From Tubiluchus corallicola (taxonomy: Eukaryota > Animalia > Priapulida): 64,000 nucleotides of DNA. This document shows, one piece after another, positions 26,701 through 49,200 of this stretch. Below the pieces are notes generated by a model. It was not told where the DNA came from. It did no database searches and saw nothing but the letters and a program-made list of their open reading frames with translations. Every line of letters begins with the position of its first letter. The stretch's first letter is position 1. The DNA is taken from positions 744,001 to 808,000 of the forward strand of contig JAQGDQ010000001.1 in assembly GCA_030141605.1 (NCBI GenBank), written 5' to 3'. The translations under genes were made by a program, and so were the position numbers.

Positions 26701-27470
26701 AGTTGCAGAATGGACGCTTATCGATCCAATTTTTCTCTCGGGCCTCTCATATGCAGAATTCTTTGTCCGAAAATTGTTTCCCTGCTAAATGCTAAGAATT
26801 TTACATATTTCTAAGCCTGTATTCATATTTCTACCTTTCTACTGTAGCCCCTTACCTTAGGTAACCACTAGCTTTGTTTAGGGCAACTTTTATAAAGAAA
26901 ATCAGTCAACAGAGGAAACTGAATATTGAAATTGTGAGCTTTGTGATGACATTGTCAATTCAGCACACCCAGTCACTCACAGGCTGTTAATAAACTTTTT
27001 TTTAAGTTGATGTTTAAATAACGGAAACATAGTGGCAACTATTAAAGACTTACAGATGACAAAATGTGTGTCTTCCTCCACAGATCAGCTGAAAATCATC
27101 CTGCTTTCCTTAATTTAATTAATCACAAAAAATCTAAAAATGTCTCACCTTTTTTGTTACAGACCATGTTTTACACCAATCAGTGGTGTCTTCATAAACA
27201 AGCTTTTGCTTTAAATTGTCTTGCTCTCTGAAATATGGATTTAATTAATTAGTCTAGAGAATAACCTAAAAATGATCCCTAAAAAAATCTGTAGCCATTT
27301 TCTCTTGGTTTGCCTCACAGAGTGTAAGTTTTGAAAACACCTTGTAATGTTGAGTTTGTTAACATAAACATGTTACAACATTCTGCAAAGATATGTCAAA
27401 ATTAACAAAATAATTATGAAAATTCAGAACTTAGTTCCACAATATATCTACTCATCTAATAATAATGAAG

Positions 27471-27526
<56 letters not shown>

Positions 27527-28331
27527 TAATAACTTCATTTAGATTTCGAGGATAACACCTTAAGTAACTTATTTCCAAAATGATCCCGATTATTATTATC
27601 CACATGTTTCTTTTCCATAAATCTGCGTCATTGGTTCAAGCACTGTGGTACCATTTTTTAAGTCGTTGGTACGACTCAGCCAGGAGTTGAACGTGTAAAC
27701 TCATGGGTGGGAAGCAAGCACCAGGGAGCACCACCCAACACCTCGTACATAATTTCAAATAAAAATGAGAACATATACTGAGAAATAAGAAAGCAGTACA
27801 GACAAAAATATGCTTAATAATTTTAAATATACAAAGTTGTACAAAATACCAAGATTGTTGGCGAGTTAGAAACCATTATTTTGTGCCAAAAAGTCACATT
27901 TTCTATGACGTACAAACTGATTTTTTTATTTAAATCAAGGTAACGGGTAATTTCATCCGAGAAGTGGATAAGAAATAGACAACTAAAAGATACAACTAGA
28001 GCTTTTCTTTTTAATAGTTCATGCTATTTTGGTTGTTTGTGAAAGTGCATGTAGCTAGCCAAAGTAAAATGTGTCCATTAAAAAAACAAGATCAATTATG
28101 ATTTGGTCAATATGGCTGAAAAAGAACTTTGGCAATTAAGAAAAAGAATCATGAAGAATAAATTGTAAGCATTACGTTTTTGCTCAGGTTTAAAAATCTA
28201 ATTTGGCATGTAGCATTCTATGATTTTATGAGATTGCAAACTATTTGTAACAGACAATTGCAATTTATTGCATACCTCTCCCATGCTTTTTTTAATTGAT
28301 CTTCATGATCTTCGTTGCTGAAACGTGCCAT
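20744..28331 (-). CDS. ENDOV: Endonuclease V (inosine-specific endonuclease), 259 aa, 9 coding exons
   Basis: Minus-strand exons 28331-28276, 27227-27149, 26535-26428, 25857-25723, 24808-24769, 24554-24442, 24332-24261, 24116-23988 and 20791-20744 (780 nt, GT-AG, phases match). Motifs [51 protein letters not shown]. Confidence 0.97.
21518..23641. mobile_element. Kolobok-like non-autonomous DNA transposon (~2.1 kb) in the last ENDOV intron
   Basis: Imperfect ~30-bp TIR AGGGTAATATCATGAAAATCAAGTTAAGCTT / AAGCTCAACTTAATTTTGGTGATATTCCCCCT. Left flank TTAA (21514-21517), right flank TTAG (one mismatch). AG...CT termini. Confidence 0.65.
27470..27532. repeat. (AAT)n microsatellite
   Basis: About 20 tandem AAT units. 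Confidence 0.95.
27585..27740 (-). mobile_element. tRNA-derived SINE, family A, copy 2
   Basis: Reverse complement reads GTTCAACTCCTGGCTGAGTCGTACCAACGACTTAAAAAATGGTACC...ACATGTGGATAATAATAATCGG, matching copies 1 and 3. Confidence 0.75.
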
Positions 28332-29129
28332 TGCCTGCCTGTAGTTCACACAGTCATGGAAATACATTCATTCCTGTAGCTCTTTTAGCAAGGCAATCAC
28401 CTTATCTGTAAGTATCTAAGAAAAAATAATAATAAATAAATAGTATCTAATAAAAAATAATAGTAAGTATCTTAAAAAATAAAGTCAGGTTTCACCCAGG
28501 TGCCCATTTTTCAACCAAAAATTGTGCTCATCGCTGTCCACAATTTCATAATAATATAAATTATTATATTGGTGTGTGTTTGATAAACACTCTTTCCCAC
28601 GTCAAGATATGTGAGTAACTACCTAGTCTTGCATATTTTTCATGTTTTCAAGCTTCCTTTTACTATCCATAGTTTGGAACTATATTACTGTATGTAGTTA
28701 AAGACCTCAAGTACCAGTACTGTGGCAATGGTCATAATTGATTATGGGTTTAATTTTAAATGAATATCTTAGGCATTTAAAAATGTTTCTTGCTAGTTTC
28801 ATACAAAAAGACATCAGCACATGCTCAAATGGCCTGATGTACTAAATCATCATCAACAAGTTCAATTACAGATACTGCAGAATTGTAAAATAAAAGGAAA
28901 ATAAAAGGTCTCAAGATGAGTATACACAACAATAATCCAAAAAACTAGACCCTGCTGTGGCAAATCGTAAATGAATGGATGTGATGAACATAATATGGAC
29001 ACGATGAATGTAAGTTACACATCTATTCACTAATTTAATGGACATGATGGACATTGTTAAAATAAAAATCACGTTGCAAAAACTAATCAAATTGATTTGC
29101 ATGTAATATGTTTCTTGTACAACCTCGCA

Positions 29130-29415
29130 TTCATTACAGAGGATTGGAAACATACGAAGTCTTTTTGACCAGAAATCTGCTGAGAAACTTATTCACGGAT
29201 TTGTCATGTCAAGATTGGATTATTGTGGTGGTCTTTATGCAGGACTCTATGATTACTAAATAAATAAGTTACTGCATATCCAAAACTCAGATGGACGTCT
29301 GCCAACTCGTAAGCATTTGACTGACACATCACTCCAATTTTAAGCAAACTTCATTGGCTGTCTATTGCAAAATGAAACATTTTCAAAATCCTGTGCATCA
29401 TTTTTAAAGAGCTAC
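29130..29415 (+). mobile_element. L2-clade LINE ORF2 C-terminal fragment
   Basis: LQRIGNIRSLFDQKSAEKLIHGFVMSRLDYC...IQNS...HITPILSKLHWL..IFKIL is the typical L2 post-RT signature; it contains stops and a frameshift. Confidence 0.85.
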
Positions 29416-29760
29416 AGAACAAACAATCGACCAGCAGTATGTATGTATATGTGTGTGTGTGTGTATGTATAAAAATATAGTATAAGCACACTTATGTTTT
29501 TATGTCACTGCATGACACTAAAAGTAAAGACACTCATTTCACGAGATTGTCTGTTTTATCTTGTTTTCAGAAATGGATTAATTCCATAACCCATGAAATA
29601 AATAAGCATCTTTGAAATCTTATTAAGACCATTTCCAGAATGTACGAATGGAGAGGAGGTATGTATGTACATTATCTAATTTTATGCACAACACTCAATT
29701 ATATTTATATCTCTTTATTTAAACAAAAATAATCTATTCGTATATTATGTGTAACATGTA

Positions 29761-29956
29761 CCGTATATACTTATGTACAAGTCGAATTTTTGGGAGGCGA
29801 TTTAAAGGTGAAATTTTTGGGGTCGACTTATACTTACGATATGTTTTTGGGAGATGTCGCTAAAGAGTCGTCTACAATACGAATATGTAAAGAAATAATC
29901 CATCATTGTACGCTGGACAATGAACACTCATACTGCGATGCTTCACAACAGAGAAT
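29761..29956 (+). mobile_element. One end of a pogo/Tc1-mariner-type element (family B)
   Basis: TA followed by CCGTATATACTTATGTACAAGTCG; ~200 bp match in inverted orientation to 50615-50813. Confidence 0.8.
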
Positions 29957-30636
29957 ATATAAGTTAAAATTTATATATTACTGGTAAATAAGCTAGCGAC
30001 GGAGCACTTGATCAGAACATGGAAATCGCCAATATTGTGCAGGTGCTGCAGATCATTTACTCTGGAAGATCTTAATATTTTGTGTGTGTGTGTGTGTGCA
30101 CAGTTCCTATAATTTAAAATTGTTTATAATAATATATGGTCATCCTGTAACAAAATAGGTTAACAGTAAGTTTGCATGCACCTTTATAGCTTATTCATTT
30201 TATTATGTTTCTTTAGAAGTATTCACAGTTCTAAGCATAAAACGTTCACAATTTCTGCACTACTTCATTAAATTTTGCTACTATATTATCAAAATTATTT
30301 CTGTACATTGTACAACTACAGTATATTATAAAGTTTAACATTAATTTAGAATAAGGGCAACATGTACAGGACTGTATGCTCGTATGTTGCCCTCGCATTT
30401 GGCATTCTTTTGTTGTATCTTGATGTAGTACTACTACTGATAAAATGATTCTTATTAGAATATTCTCTATCTGATGTTACATTATTAATATTATTGTAAC
30501 ATTAGTATTTTTAGTAGCAAAAAAAGATTTTACTACTGCGGCTGCTGCTGTTACTAGTACAGTCAGTAGTACGTTCGTTTAATGATTAATGCAGCTAATT
30601 ATTATTTTCATTTGATTGTTATTCAACCTGGTAGAC

Positions 30637-31315
30637 CAGGGGTGTGCAAACTACGGCCCGCCGAGAGATCTAGTGCGGCCAGGGAAGAGGTTTGTCAACC
30701 CAATAAAAGTGCGGCCGAGCGACGAATTGAGTCACAAGTAATTGAAGTATTAGGAAGATATTTCCAGCTGAAGTCCGCGCCACGATCGCAAAGATGGGGC
30801 GGGTAGTTTTTCCGCTAGATCGGATGGCATTAAGCCCTACAAGGCGGTTATCACCTGATGTCACTGTCGGACACTACGAAATTTAACGTTGCTCACTTGG
30901 AACACAAAAAAGCGATGTAATCACAGAACACAGCAAACTACCACGGAAGCGCTCAAATGTGAAGGAAATGCGAGAAGTAATCTGATTGGCTGGTAGGAAG
31001 ACCAACATGCCATTCTCTAGGCTTCTATTATCGGGCGGTTGATAGGTCCAGTCGTCTTCTTGGTCATTGCAGGTAGATCATTTTGATTTGGTTATTTTAC
31101 AAAATAAATTATAAATAAATAAATCATGAATAATATTATAAAATAACCAAGTCAAAATGACCTACCTACTGTGTCCAACAACACGACCGGGCAGATCAAA
31201 TTGTAAGTAGCCAGCAAGCATTTCATCGTTTCATCAGGTTTAGTGTTCTTATAGATCAGAAACATGGATAAGAAAAAGAGGAATATTGAACAACATTGAG
31301 TATTTCAAGACAGAT
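30637..31315 (+). mobile_element. hAT-Charlie-like transposon, left end and degraded transposase start
   Basis: Terminus CAGGGGTGTGCAAACTACGGCCCG preceded by GGTAGAC. At 31264 MDKKKRNIEQH*VFQDR resembles the KRK...RVFQ start of Charlie/GTF2IRD2-type transposases. No right end was found. Confidence 0.65.
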
Positions 31316-31567
31316 TATTATGCACTGTACTGCACAAACTGTGTGATACACTGTACTGACACGCATTGTAATAAAATTACAACTATCTGACATAAAAGTT
31401 GAAATCTATCATTTTTTAATGTAAATTATTCATAAAATTCATTAATAGATTCTAAAATAATGTTCTTGAATGTAGTAGTAATGATGTGTGAAGATCGAAT
31501 GCAAAAGATCGTTATTAGGTCCTACTGTTCCTGGCTCGTTGACCAAGCTGTACGCGACAAAGTTTAA

Positions 31568-31615
<48 letters not shown>

Positions 31616-31616
31616 A
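31568..31616. repeat. (TA)n(TG)n compound microsatellite
   Basis: Visible TA run followed by a TG run. Confidence 0.9.
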
Positions 31617-31790
31617 CAGTGGAACCTTACGAAAACCCTATTATACGAAAAATTCAGAATAGGAATCGGGCTTAGAACAAATTTCCGTCCCATTTAACGA
31701 AAAAATATTCAAGACAGCAGCTTCCTAGAAAAAACGTTCTAGCTGCGGCTGGAGGGACTCTTAAAAAGACATACATAGCTCTTTGGAAAG
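31617..31790 (+). mobile_element. Tigger/pogo-like left-end fragment
   Basis: TA followed by CAGTGGAACCT terminus and repeated ACGAAAA subterminal motifs. The right boundary is approximate. Confidence 0.45.
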
Positions 31791-31927
31791 AGGAGGAATG
31801 GGGTTTTGCATTAGGTGAATAAATGAGCACTATGTGCATTAAGTGCATTTATATGCAGGATTTTTTTGTCGGGCCTTTGCCAGTCATTAAATTAATGTTG
31901 ACATAATAAAGAATAGTTTTGTATAAC

Positions 31928-32256
31928 GGATGAGCATTCTCTACCAGAAAGTGAATTTGAATCGAATCGAATTTGTGATTTTCGAATTAGAATCGAACCG
32001 AATTTCAATATTTCGAATTCGAATTGAGTTTGAAACATTTTCGAACAACTTTTCGAACCACTAGTAAAAATGATCTTACAAAGATCACGCATATTATTTG
32101 ATTTTGTTCTGCCGTAAAACCACTATTAGCTTGTTAACAAATTTTCACAGAAACTGCAGCTAAATTGTGCTAGTTGCATGCTGGTTCAACCATTGTAATT
32201 GATAAAGAACGTATGTGGCTGAAGTGCTGAAGGGGCTGTATTTATTCGAATTCTAT
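31928..32256 (+). mobile_element. hAT MITE, second (diverged, right-truncated) copy of 12033-12422
   Basis: Colinear similarity from GGATGAGCATTCTCTACCAGAAAG through GAAGTGCTGAA..TATTCGAA; the right TIR is missing. Confidence 0.9.
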
Positions 32257-32539
32257 ACATTAACTATTATTTTTCCAGGCATTTTATTCTTTGAACATAT
32301 CCAAAGACAAAGGACAAGAAAAAACTGTTTTTGATTTTTTATTAAGAATGTTCTAAGATGTTCTGTGCACTTAATTTGCAAAACAGATACTAAGTGGGAA
32401 ACTGTCATGAGGTGCTGCGGTAATTGCTGCATTGTAATAATTGCTTTTCTCCCCTTTAATTACTAGTTGGCGTGACTTTGCAAAGCCAAACTCTGTTTTA
32501 TGCAGAATTAGTCGATGAGAAGAAACGTAATTTTGTATT

Positions 32540-32736
32540 TTCACTAGGTATGAAAGATTTACCCCAGTTTCGCGGCGGACTGGACTCGCGCCAACCGCCA
32601 AGCCACCAATTACACCAACGCAACTGATGATGTTCTTTTCAGATGCTCGAATTTTTTTTATTTTTAGTGTTTTCAAAGTCCCAAGTTTACGTTTATTCAA
32701 AGTGGTTTTAATTTAATAATCGTAAACTCGTTCACT
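32540..32736. promoter_or_regulatory. Putative shared (bidirectional) ENDOV/RFC1 promoter with E2F-like motifs
   Basis: Local CpG-rich patch directly upstream of the RFC1 ATG. TTTCGCGGC at 32568-32576 and TTGGCGCGA on the minus strand at 32586-32594. A candidate minus-strand donor G|GTAAAT at 32562 could end an ENDOV non-coding exon. Confidence 0.5.
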
Positions 32737-41434
<8,698 letters not shown>

Positions 41435-42699
41435 TAAAACTTAGGCTTTGTTTGAAGTTAATAGTTATCAAATTTATAGAAATAATACTTTTTCTGTAAT
41501 AATATTTATTGAAAAAATAGTGCTTGTTTAAATTAGCAAAAGGTGTCTAGTTTTCTTGAACATTTAGTTTATACTAATATCCCATGCAGCTTTTTGTAAC
41601 ATGTATATTACAATTTCTTAATTTACCTTTTTTTCGTTGTGCATGTGTAAGAGGCTGTAAATGTGTAAATGGTGCATGTATTTCAGTGATATAGATTTGA
41701 CAGCTTTTTGTTTATTTTTCTTATTGTAGTGCTTTTACAAATTATGCAATGTACTTTAAACGTAATTTATATACTTTACGTGCATGCGACACTAAAGTAG
41801 TCATAACAATTTCACATGAATTAGTCAGTTTCTGCTTATACACAGCCAAGGTCATTAGGGTAGCAACACTGCAGCAATATTTTGCAATGATGTACAGTAC
41901 TTCCGTAAATTGTGCTTTTTCATAAATTCACTTCTAGTTTGAGAAAATTTACTGCAATAAAAATGTAACTACATAACACTTTTGTGTGATACAAGACAAT
42001 TTTAAGGCTGTGATTAGTTTCAGAGTGGTCATTTATGAGAGGATGCACCGAGAAGTGCGTGCGTGCGTGTGTATGTATATATACATATATTATGTAACTG
42101 TAGGACGTTAACTTTAGTTACTCTACAACATTTTAGACACTGCACTGTTGATTCATTCAGTTTTACATCATTCTAGCTTACATCGTACAGCTTTTCAGCA
42201 ATGCATGTATTATGTTTGTACAAAGGCGGGCCTACATAGTTTTGCTTGTCACTGACTTAAGTGTGATTTGTTGCAGTCGTACAGTCTGCCAAATGAAATG
42301 CTAGTAGTCCGTTTAGAGAATCTACATAAGCCATTCTGTCAGATGCTGAGAAAGCTGAAACAGTTAAGACAGCAAGCTCAAGAAAACGTCTTGACTAAGT
42401 GTAGTAATAGGTGTTACATATGTATTGTATAAATTATTTCTATAGGAAAGCCCCAGGTCAGTGTTACCGGGTAATAAAGTTCTTTGAATTTAATTTGACG
42501 GCCCTGGATGCAGCATACTGACATACGCTGCGCAGCCTCATTTGGGAAGTGATAAACTGAGTTCTGACAAGAGCTGTTGGAGAGCAAGTAGAAAACAAAA
42601 CTGGTTTTCCAGTTGACAGTTTCTACTTACGTGCTGTAATGGGCAGTAATTTCACTATTATGTTATATGTGTATTACAGCATCATGTTAGATAGTATTT

Positions 42700-42945
42700 T
42701 CGCGATGGCTGTATTATTATGGGGAACCTATAAAACAGCGCAATTAAAGCTATCCTTTGGTGATAAGTTCCACGATATTTTGTTATTGTCCGTACTAGGA
42801 GCCTAGGTCGGCAGCGGGTGAATAATAGTACATCTAGTTCTGATTGTGCCGACACACATAGTTCAGTTTTTGGGCTTCGCTGTTTACAGTCGAGGGAGAG
42901 ACGTTGATATTTTACCGGCGTGTCTTCTAGTTCTAAAGAAAACAG
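42700..42945 (+). promoter_or_regulatory. Putative eEF2K promoter / non-coding first exon
   Basis: CpG-enriched patch ending in a donor AACAG|GTATCA at 42945/6. The ATG exon is preceded by a candidate acceptor near 46241. Confidence 0.45.
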
Positions 42946-42999
42946 GTATCATTTCTGTATGCATGTTTTTGTAATTGGTAATGTACAGTATTGTCGGGA

Positions 43000-44050
43000 A
43001 TAAGCAGCGTCACTAGGTACCGTTTCTACATTAATGTTATTTTTCTAATGGCGCAATGCACAGTATCCATTTTTGAAAGGAAGCAGCTTCACTTATTTAC
43101 ATTATTAATGTTATTAAGCTCGCCAAATCTTGCAAAAACATTTTGGTCAGAATTAGTAGTGCACATTCTGAGTTAAATGTAACCAGCCACCTGCTAAACC
43201 CACTGAGTAACACAATTTAGATCTAGCTGTAAAATATTGTCAGTAGGAATTGGACTCTCGAGTACATGTTTTATTCAAATATCATCAGCAAACAATCACA
43301 TATTGGACTGAATGCCATTCACTAAGTCGTTAAAAAGAAGAGAGGACACTTAAAATAGATCCTTGTGGTACTCCAGCATACAGACCCTTGCTAATACAGA
43401 TAAGCATATGGATAATTGCTAACACAATATTGGTTAAATAAGGGCAGTACGTCTGCTACTTTCCAATTATCTGGAAGTACACCACTTGACAAAAATAGGT
43501 TGAATAATTTAGCTAGTAGTTTGTGAAACACTCACTGGTGCAGACAATTTTAGCATCTGATTACTTATATTATCAGAACCACTGGCTTTGGCTATATCAA
43601 GTGACATCAACACATCCACATCAGATTCAGTTACTACAATATCACAAATGGAAGAATTAGTTAACAAATCAAGAACAGGTAATATGGCATGGGTTTCATC
43701 GAGGACAACTTGAGAAACAAAGTAATCATTAAAAGATATTAGCTCTAAGAATGTGATCAGCTGTTAGTTAATTTCTAGACTCAAAAATGGGCGAAATACA
43801 TGTTGACGACTTGTTATTACTATAGAGTAGTTAACCAGTTTATCGCTTAAGTGAGAAGCTCTTAATTTGACTTTGCTTTTCTAATTTCTGAAACAATTAG
43901 ATTTCTAGTACTTTTGTAAAGTTCCCAATGTGAAGGATCTGTTGCACACTTAAATTTCTTGTACAACCTGTCTCGTTGACATAGTATTGAAGAGCACGTA
44001 TGCCTAATGTCATTTATGTTCTCCCCTAAGAGGAATAATTATTTTATTAG
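43000..44050 (-). mobile_element. CR1-group LINE remnant with internal deletion
   Basis: LDIAKASGSDNISNQMLKLSA..LFNLFLSSGVLPDNWKVADVLP lies directly next to AGVPQGSILS..LFADD..LQLDLNCVTQW on the minus strand. Confidence 0.85.
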
Positions 44051-46291
44051 GAATGCTAGATATATTCTAATAGGTTTTTTAGAAACGGCAGGCCACATTT
44101 CTTCAAAATAGTGGTTTTTCTTTCTTTTTAAAAATGCTGTGATAATAATTTTAATTGTGTTATTTTTTCATAAATAAAGCTTAGAAAATTATTTTTGATA
44201 TTCTGTGTCACTTATATGCTGTTTTATTGCATACAGAGCTTGCATTAGAAGTAATACTAAATAAAATTAGTAAATTTCAATGCCAGTGCAGCCATTTTAA
44301 TGGTAAGATGTTTGAGATATGTTTAGACAGCTTGGATAAAATTTGAAAAAATAATCAGAGCATTTATTGCACACTATTTGGTAACTAAGCAAAAATATAA
44401 ATTTAGATTTTTATTTGGTGAACCACTAGTGAGATAGTGGTACAGTGATGTCTTATTAGTTGGCTCAAACAGTTCAAAATGTTGCAAATTTTCTAGTCTT
44501 TCAAACAGCTTAGCATAATGCTAAGTAATATAATCTGGTACGGGGTTGTTTTTGGGACGTACTTAAAAATTCCCCTTTCCCTTTAAGCACTAACATTCCA
44601 TCAGCTCTGGCATGCAAATTACAGTTTGTGGGACGACAATTGAATGTCGGAATTGAATTCAATTAAAAAGAGAATTATGACCAGTGTTTGTATGTATAAT
44701 TAAGTCAAGAAATAAATACCAGGTCCTTATTAGTTATTACCAGTTATATTCAATGTATGAGTTCAGTATTTTTTCTGGAGCAAATTAAACAATGTCTTCC
44801 ATTCTTTCAGTTATGTAGTGTGCCTTCCTCAACTAAAATCAATTAATATGAAGAAGTTGTTTTATGTTTTAACTCTTATTCAAGTTAAATCTGGGCTAAT
44901 GCCAGTCAGAAATGTGTCAGCGCTTAAGTAAGATGTAAATAGATCAAAGTTAAATTTTTGCATTATCTTTGCAATTATCACAAATTATGTGGGGGATACT
45001 CACATTCATATAGCTCGCTTTGCAAAGTTGTCTTAAGAGCAAAATTAACATTACTATTCAAATTATTGTAAATAAATCTCCACTGATAAGTTGACAAACA
45101 TTAAAAATTCAATTCACCCAGGAAAATGATTTGTAATTTACAAGGCATTATTTTGAAAGCTGCACAGTTATATTTTTTGTAATTGTATTTCCTCTTAAAC
45201 TTGTGCAACCTATTTCCGGTAGACTTAACTGTGATACCCCCAGGTGCTAAGCTTGTTTCTAACTAAGTAAGCAACGGCAGTGCTGACCCTACTTTACCCT
45301 AGAGTCTATAAACTGGTTTGCCTCGTTGAACTGTAACATATGTCTTGCTCACTAACCTGAACATCAGTACACCAGACAAACAACATCCATAGGTGAAGCT
45401 ATTATCTTAGCAGCACAGATTAATCTACTAAGCATAAGTAACACAAGTCTTCAGTATATGGTAATACTGCATTTATAAAATTGTCCTGAGATGGTAGTCC
45501 TATATGGATAGTTATGTCTAAAACATGAGTGACTCAAAATTTTGTGTAATGTCTTTTAAAAAATGGAAAACAAAGCAGTCACTGGAAATTACAACCATTT
45601 GTCCAGACATTTGCAAGGTAAGAAACTGTAAGATAGTTATCTATATTAAATAAGGCCTGTAAATGTTTTCAAAAAAGGGCCAAACATTTTAGGAAGACAG
45701 TTCACAGTTAATATTAATGAAAGATTAGTAACTGAGGTTATTAGCTCATTAACTACTTTTTACATCATATTCTTGGCAGAGCCATAGATTTTACTGTTTG
45801 TTGTGTACTGCTGACTTAAGTAATTTTCTCATTGCACTGTATTTGTTTTCGAAGTTTATTACTTGGTCTGCTTCAGTATGGCTTATATTTTGGCATTATT
45901 ATTTTGGTGAAATAAATACAATACTTTGTGACTCTAAATGATCACTTATATGTGCAGGCACTTATTAATATCACAGACTAAATATATATAGATGATTAAA
46001 AGCAATTAAATGACCTGTTAACGTCATTAATTCGCAATTGAAATCAAAGCATGACAGAAAATATAATTAAAATAAGGTACCATTATGTCTATTACAAGTA
46101 CATACTGCATCTAGATATTTTAGCTAGACTCCTTGAGCTTAGTGATGTCAAGACATTGATTTCAAATCAGGTTACACGTGTCACAGAGAATGTAGCTATA
46201 ACAGTTTTGTCACAACTGACTTTTCCTTTATTGCTTTTGAGGTGTCTGTGAGTTTTGGAGAGGCCTGTCCCATCCTGGCTGCCACTCGGAG

Positions 46292-49200
46292 ATGGCAGAC
46301 AACGAGGAAGGCAGTGCTGAGGATAAAGATGATGCCGCTTTTGATTTGGTGCTTCTACCATTGACAGACGAAAGGTGTAGCAACTGCGAGCAGGGTGGCA
46401 TTGAGAAATCCCACCAACAGCCTGGTGAAGTTGGCAGTGCAAAAGAAAATAGTTGTTCAGAAACTGCAGGCGACAGCGAAAAGCCAAAGTATGTCTGTAA
46501 AATGTTTGTGTCATATTGGCAATTTTTCAGGGGTAATTGTTCTCAAGGCAGCCTTCAGTCTGTTGCTAATTTAGTGAATATAACTCGATTTAAGTTAGCA
46601 GCCAGACCCTGTCACATTACTACTAATACATAATTTTTTTGGTGATTTTAACATGCAATGTTTTGGCATATACTTAGACTGTGAAGAGTAAGAAGAGTTT
46701 CAAAGGAGTATTTTAGCACTACAGAATTATATATATATGCAAGAGTGTCAGGACATGCCAATTTGTTCTGGCTCAATCTCGGCAGTGCAAATAATATACC
46801 ATCTAGATAATATTTTATATGTTATATATTCTGTTAAGAAGTAAATTGCTAACCAAAAGACAGCCAAAGCACCCAGAATAAATTTTATAGCTACTGGTTC
46901 GTTGGTGTTATTATTTCTTATCAGGCTTTGATTCAACCTATTAAGAGTATTTTCTAAACTTAGGTGTTACAATAATAAACCCTATATAGATGTATTTTTC
47001 TGTTAAAAAGAGATAATTGTGATACACTTTAATTTATTAGAGAATCTTGCATTTATTGCGTAAGTTGCAGCACCATCAATATAACTACTGTTTTTCATAG
47101 GTTTATTGTGTTTATTGTGAGTTTCCAAGTTTGGGTTAAAATTATCCAGATACTCATGATGTTTCAATAAGGTGATAATAAATTGTGCTGCTTTATTTCT
47201 TCATTATGTAGGACCCTCATCAAAGTTTCAAGTCTCCAAAAAATGCAATGGCAGCAAGCTTTGCATAAGGCAAAGTCTTTGGAGGATCCTTGGTCTGACT
47301 TTCCGCTAAATGAAGTACCAACAGAGATTGTGAAACGCCACCGATACAGTGCCCTGAGAAAGAAGTGGACGTCTGATGAGGTCATGATTAAAATTGAAAA
47401 CAAGGTAAGTCTTCGTGTTTTTTGATCACTTTATTTTTATGAATTAAATTTAAGCAGATCACTGACTAATTACAGTATATTCCCTAATCCAATGTGTAAC
47501 GCTTTTGTTAGTCAAAAATTGGTTTTTCAAGCCACCATATTGATTACTTGGTCAGCTAGTGATTACATAGTCTTGAACTGTGATCAGAATATATAGCTGT
47601 TAGGCTAGCTTAACTGATTTGTGATTCTAGTATTGATTGATCGCTGTTTTACACATGGTATAAGCATTTGACATGCTTTTTGTTAGTTGCTTAAACTCAA
47701 GTGAGTTGACTAGAGCAGTTATTAATAATATACACTGGCTAGCCAGAGTTTTAAAATTTCAGGAGAAAAATTGGGAATGTTTACATGCTTTTTAATTTTC
47801 CTTAACTTGTTGGTTAAAAAGGTGCTAGGGTGGTTAAGTGATTTTTATTATTGCCGTTAGCACTAATACAAGATAATTATTGTGAGCTTCATAATTTGAA
47901 AAAAATTAACATAAAAACAATGTGCACACATAAGTAACGTTATCACATTCTATACCATTGTACAATTGCTACAGAATCTCACTAAATGATGAATAAGGTT
48001 ATTTTATCAATACACCATATTATTGCTATATCCCTACATGTGGGAATAAGATCATAAAATGCAAGTATTTTGCATATTCTGTCTTTTCCTCTGAACAGTA
48101 AACATGATGTCATACTTTATAAATAGATGCAGCAGCCTACTAGCAGTTGCATCTCAGGTGTAGTATTGATTTCTGTCCCCAGTGTTAGATCTTGATGAAG
48201 CCTGGATGTTATTATGCCCTGCTGAGGTTGATGCAGTGACTGCCGAATGAAATGAAAACATTGCTCTAATTTTCTAATGTAATATAAATAAAACTGTATT
48301 TCTATTTTAGGCATTCGACAAAGGTGCAATGCGAGAATGCTTTCGTCTGTAAGTCCCTCTTCTTTTGCCCATTTTGCTAGTTGGCTTCAGTGACAGTAGT
48401 GTGGCCATTGATTTTAAATTTTTTTAATTTATATATTTATTCTAGAAAAGTCTAGTAATTTTAGCTCCTTTTTACACTGTATTGCTAAATTTGCTGTCTT
48501 ATATACTTATTGACTGCAGTGTATTGTAATAAGTAAGATGTACATGAAAGAGTTAAAAAATTGGAGTTAAGCCTGTTGAATAATTGTAAAAGCACATGTA
48601 AAGAAAAGTTTTACAAGCATATGAAAACATTTTTGCACTTGGGAACCTAATGTCGAAATTTTATGTTTGTGTAGGATCCACAATGTTGTTAATGAAAATG
48701 GATCATGCCGCTTTCTGACTTTTTTGCAGTCTTTTGCCTACAATATTTACCAAAATGTTTCTTCTAATTAAATTTAGTCAGAGAGTTTTGCATTGGCACT
48801 ATGTTTGTAAATATTATATTTCCAGATTTAACTTAGAAACTTAAATGGCCCACGAGTGAAGCTATTTATGACTTTACTTGAGTAATTACTCTAACTTGAG
48901 CAAACTTACAATTGTGTAATGCTCATTTGGTTGTGAGCTACTAGAATTAAATTAAGACCTTGCTTAATCTCAAGGGCTATGTAGACCAGTAGTTATGTGT
49001 TTGACTTGTAATCAAAAGGTTCATATTCAAGCTCATTCCCACTATTTTCACATTTCATTTCTTTTGGCTTAGGTTAATTTCAAAAATTCAATGATCTGGT
49101 GAATGTGTGTTCATCCCATCTTTAATAAATAATCTCAAAATTAGATTATAAATGTAAATATAAAAATACAATTTATATGTATATTGTTTTTGCAAATTTG

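Noticed and set aside
20744-28331. ENDOV as a bacterial horizontal transfer
   Set aside because: It has eight spliceosomal introns and animal-type sequence; ENDOV is a normal eukaryotic gene.
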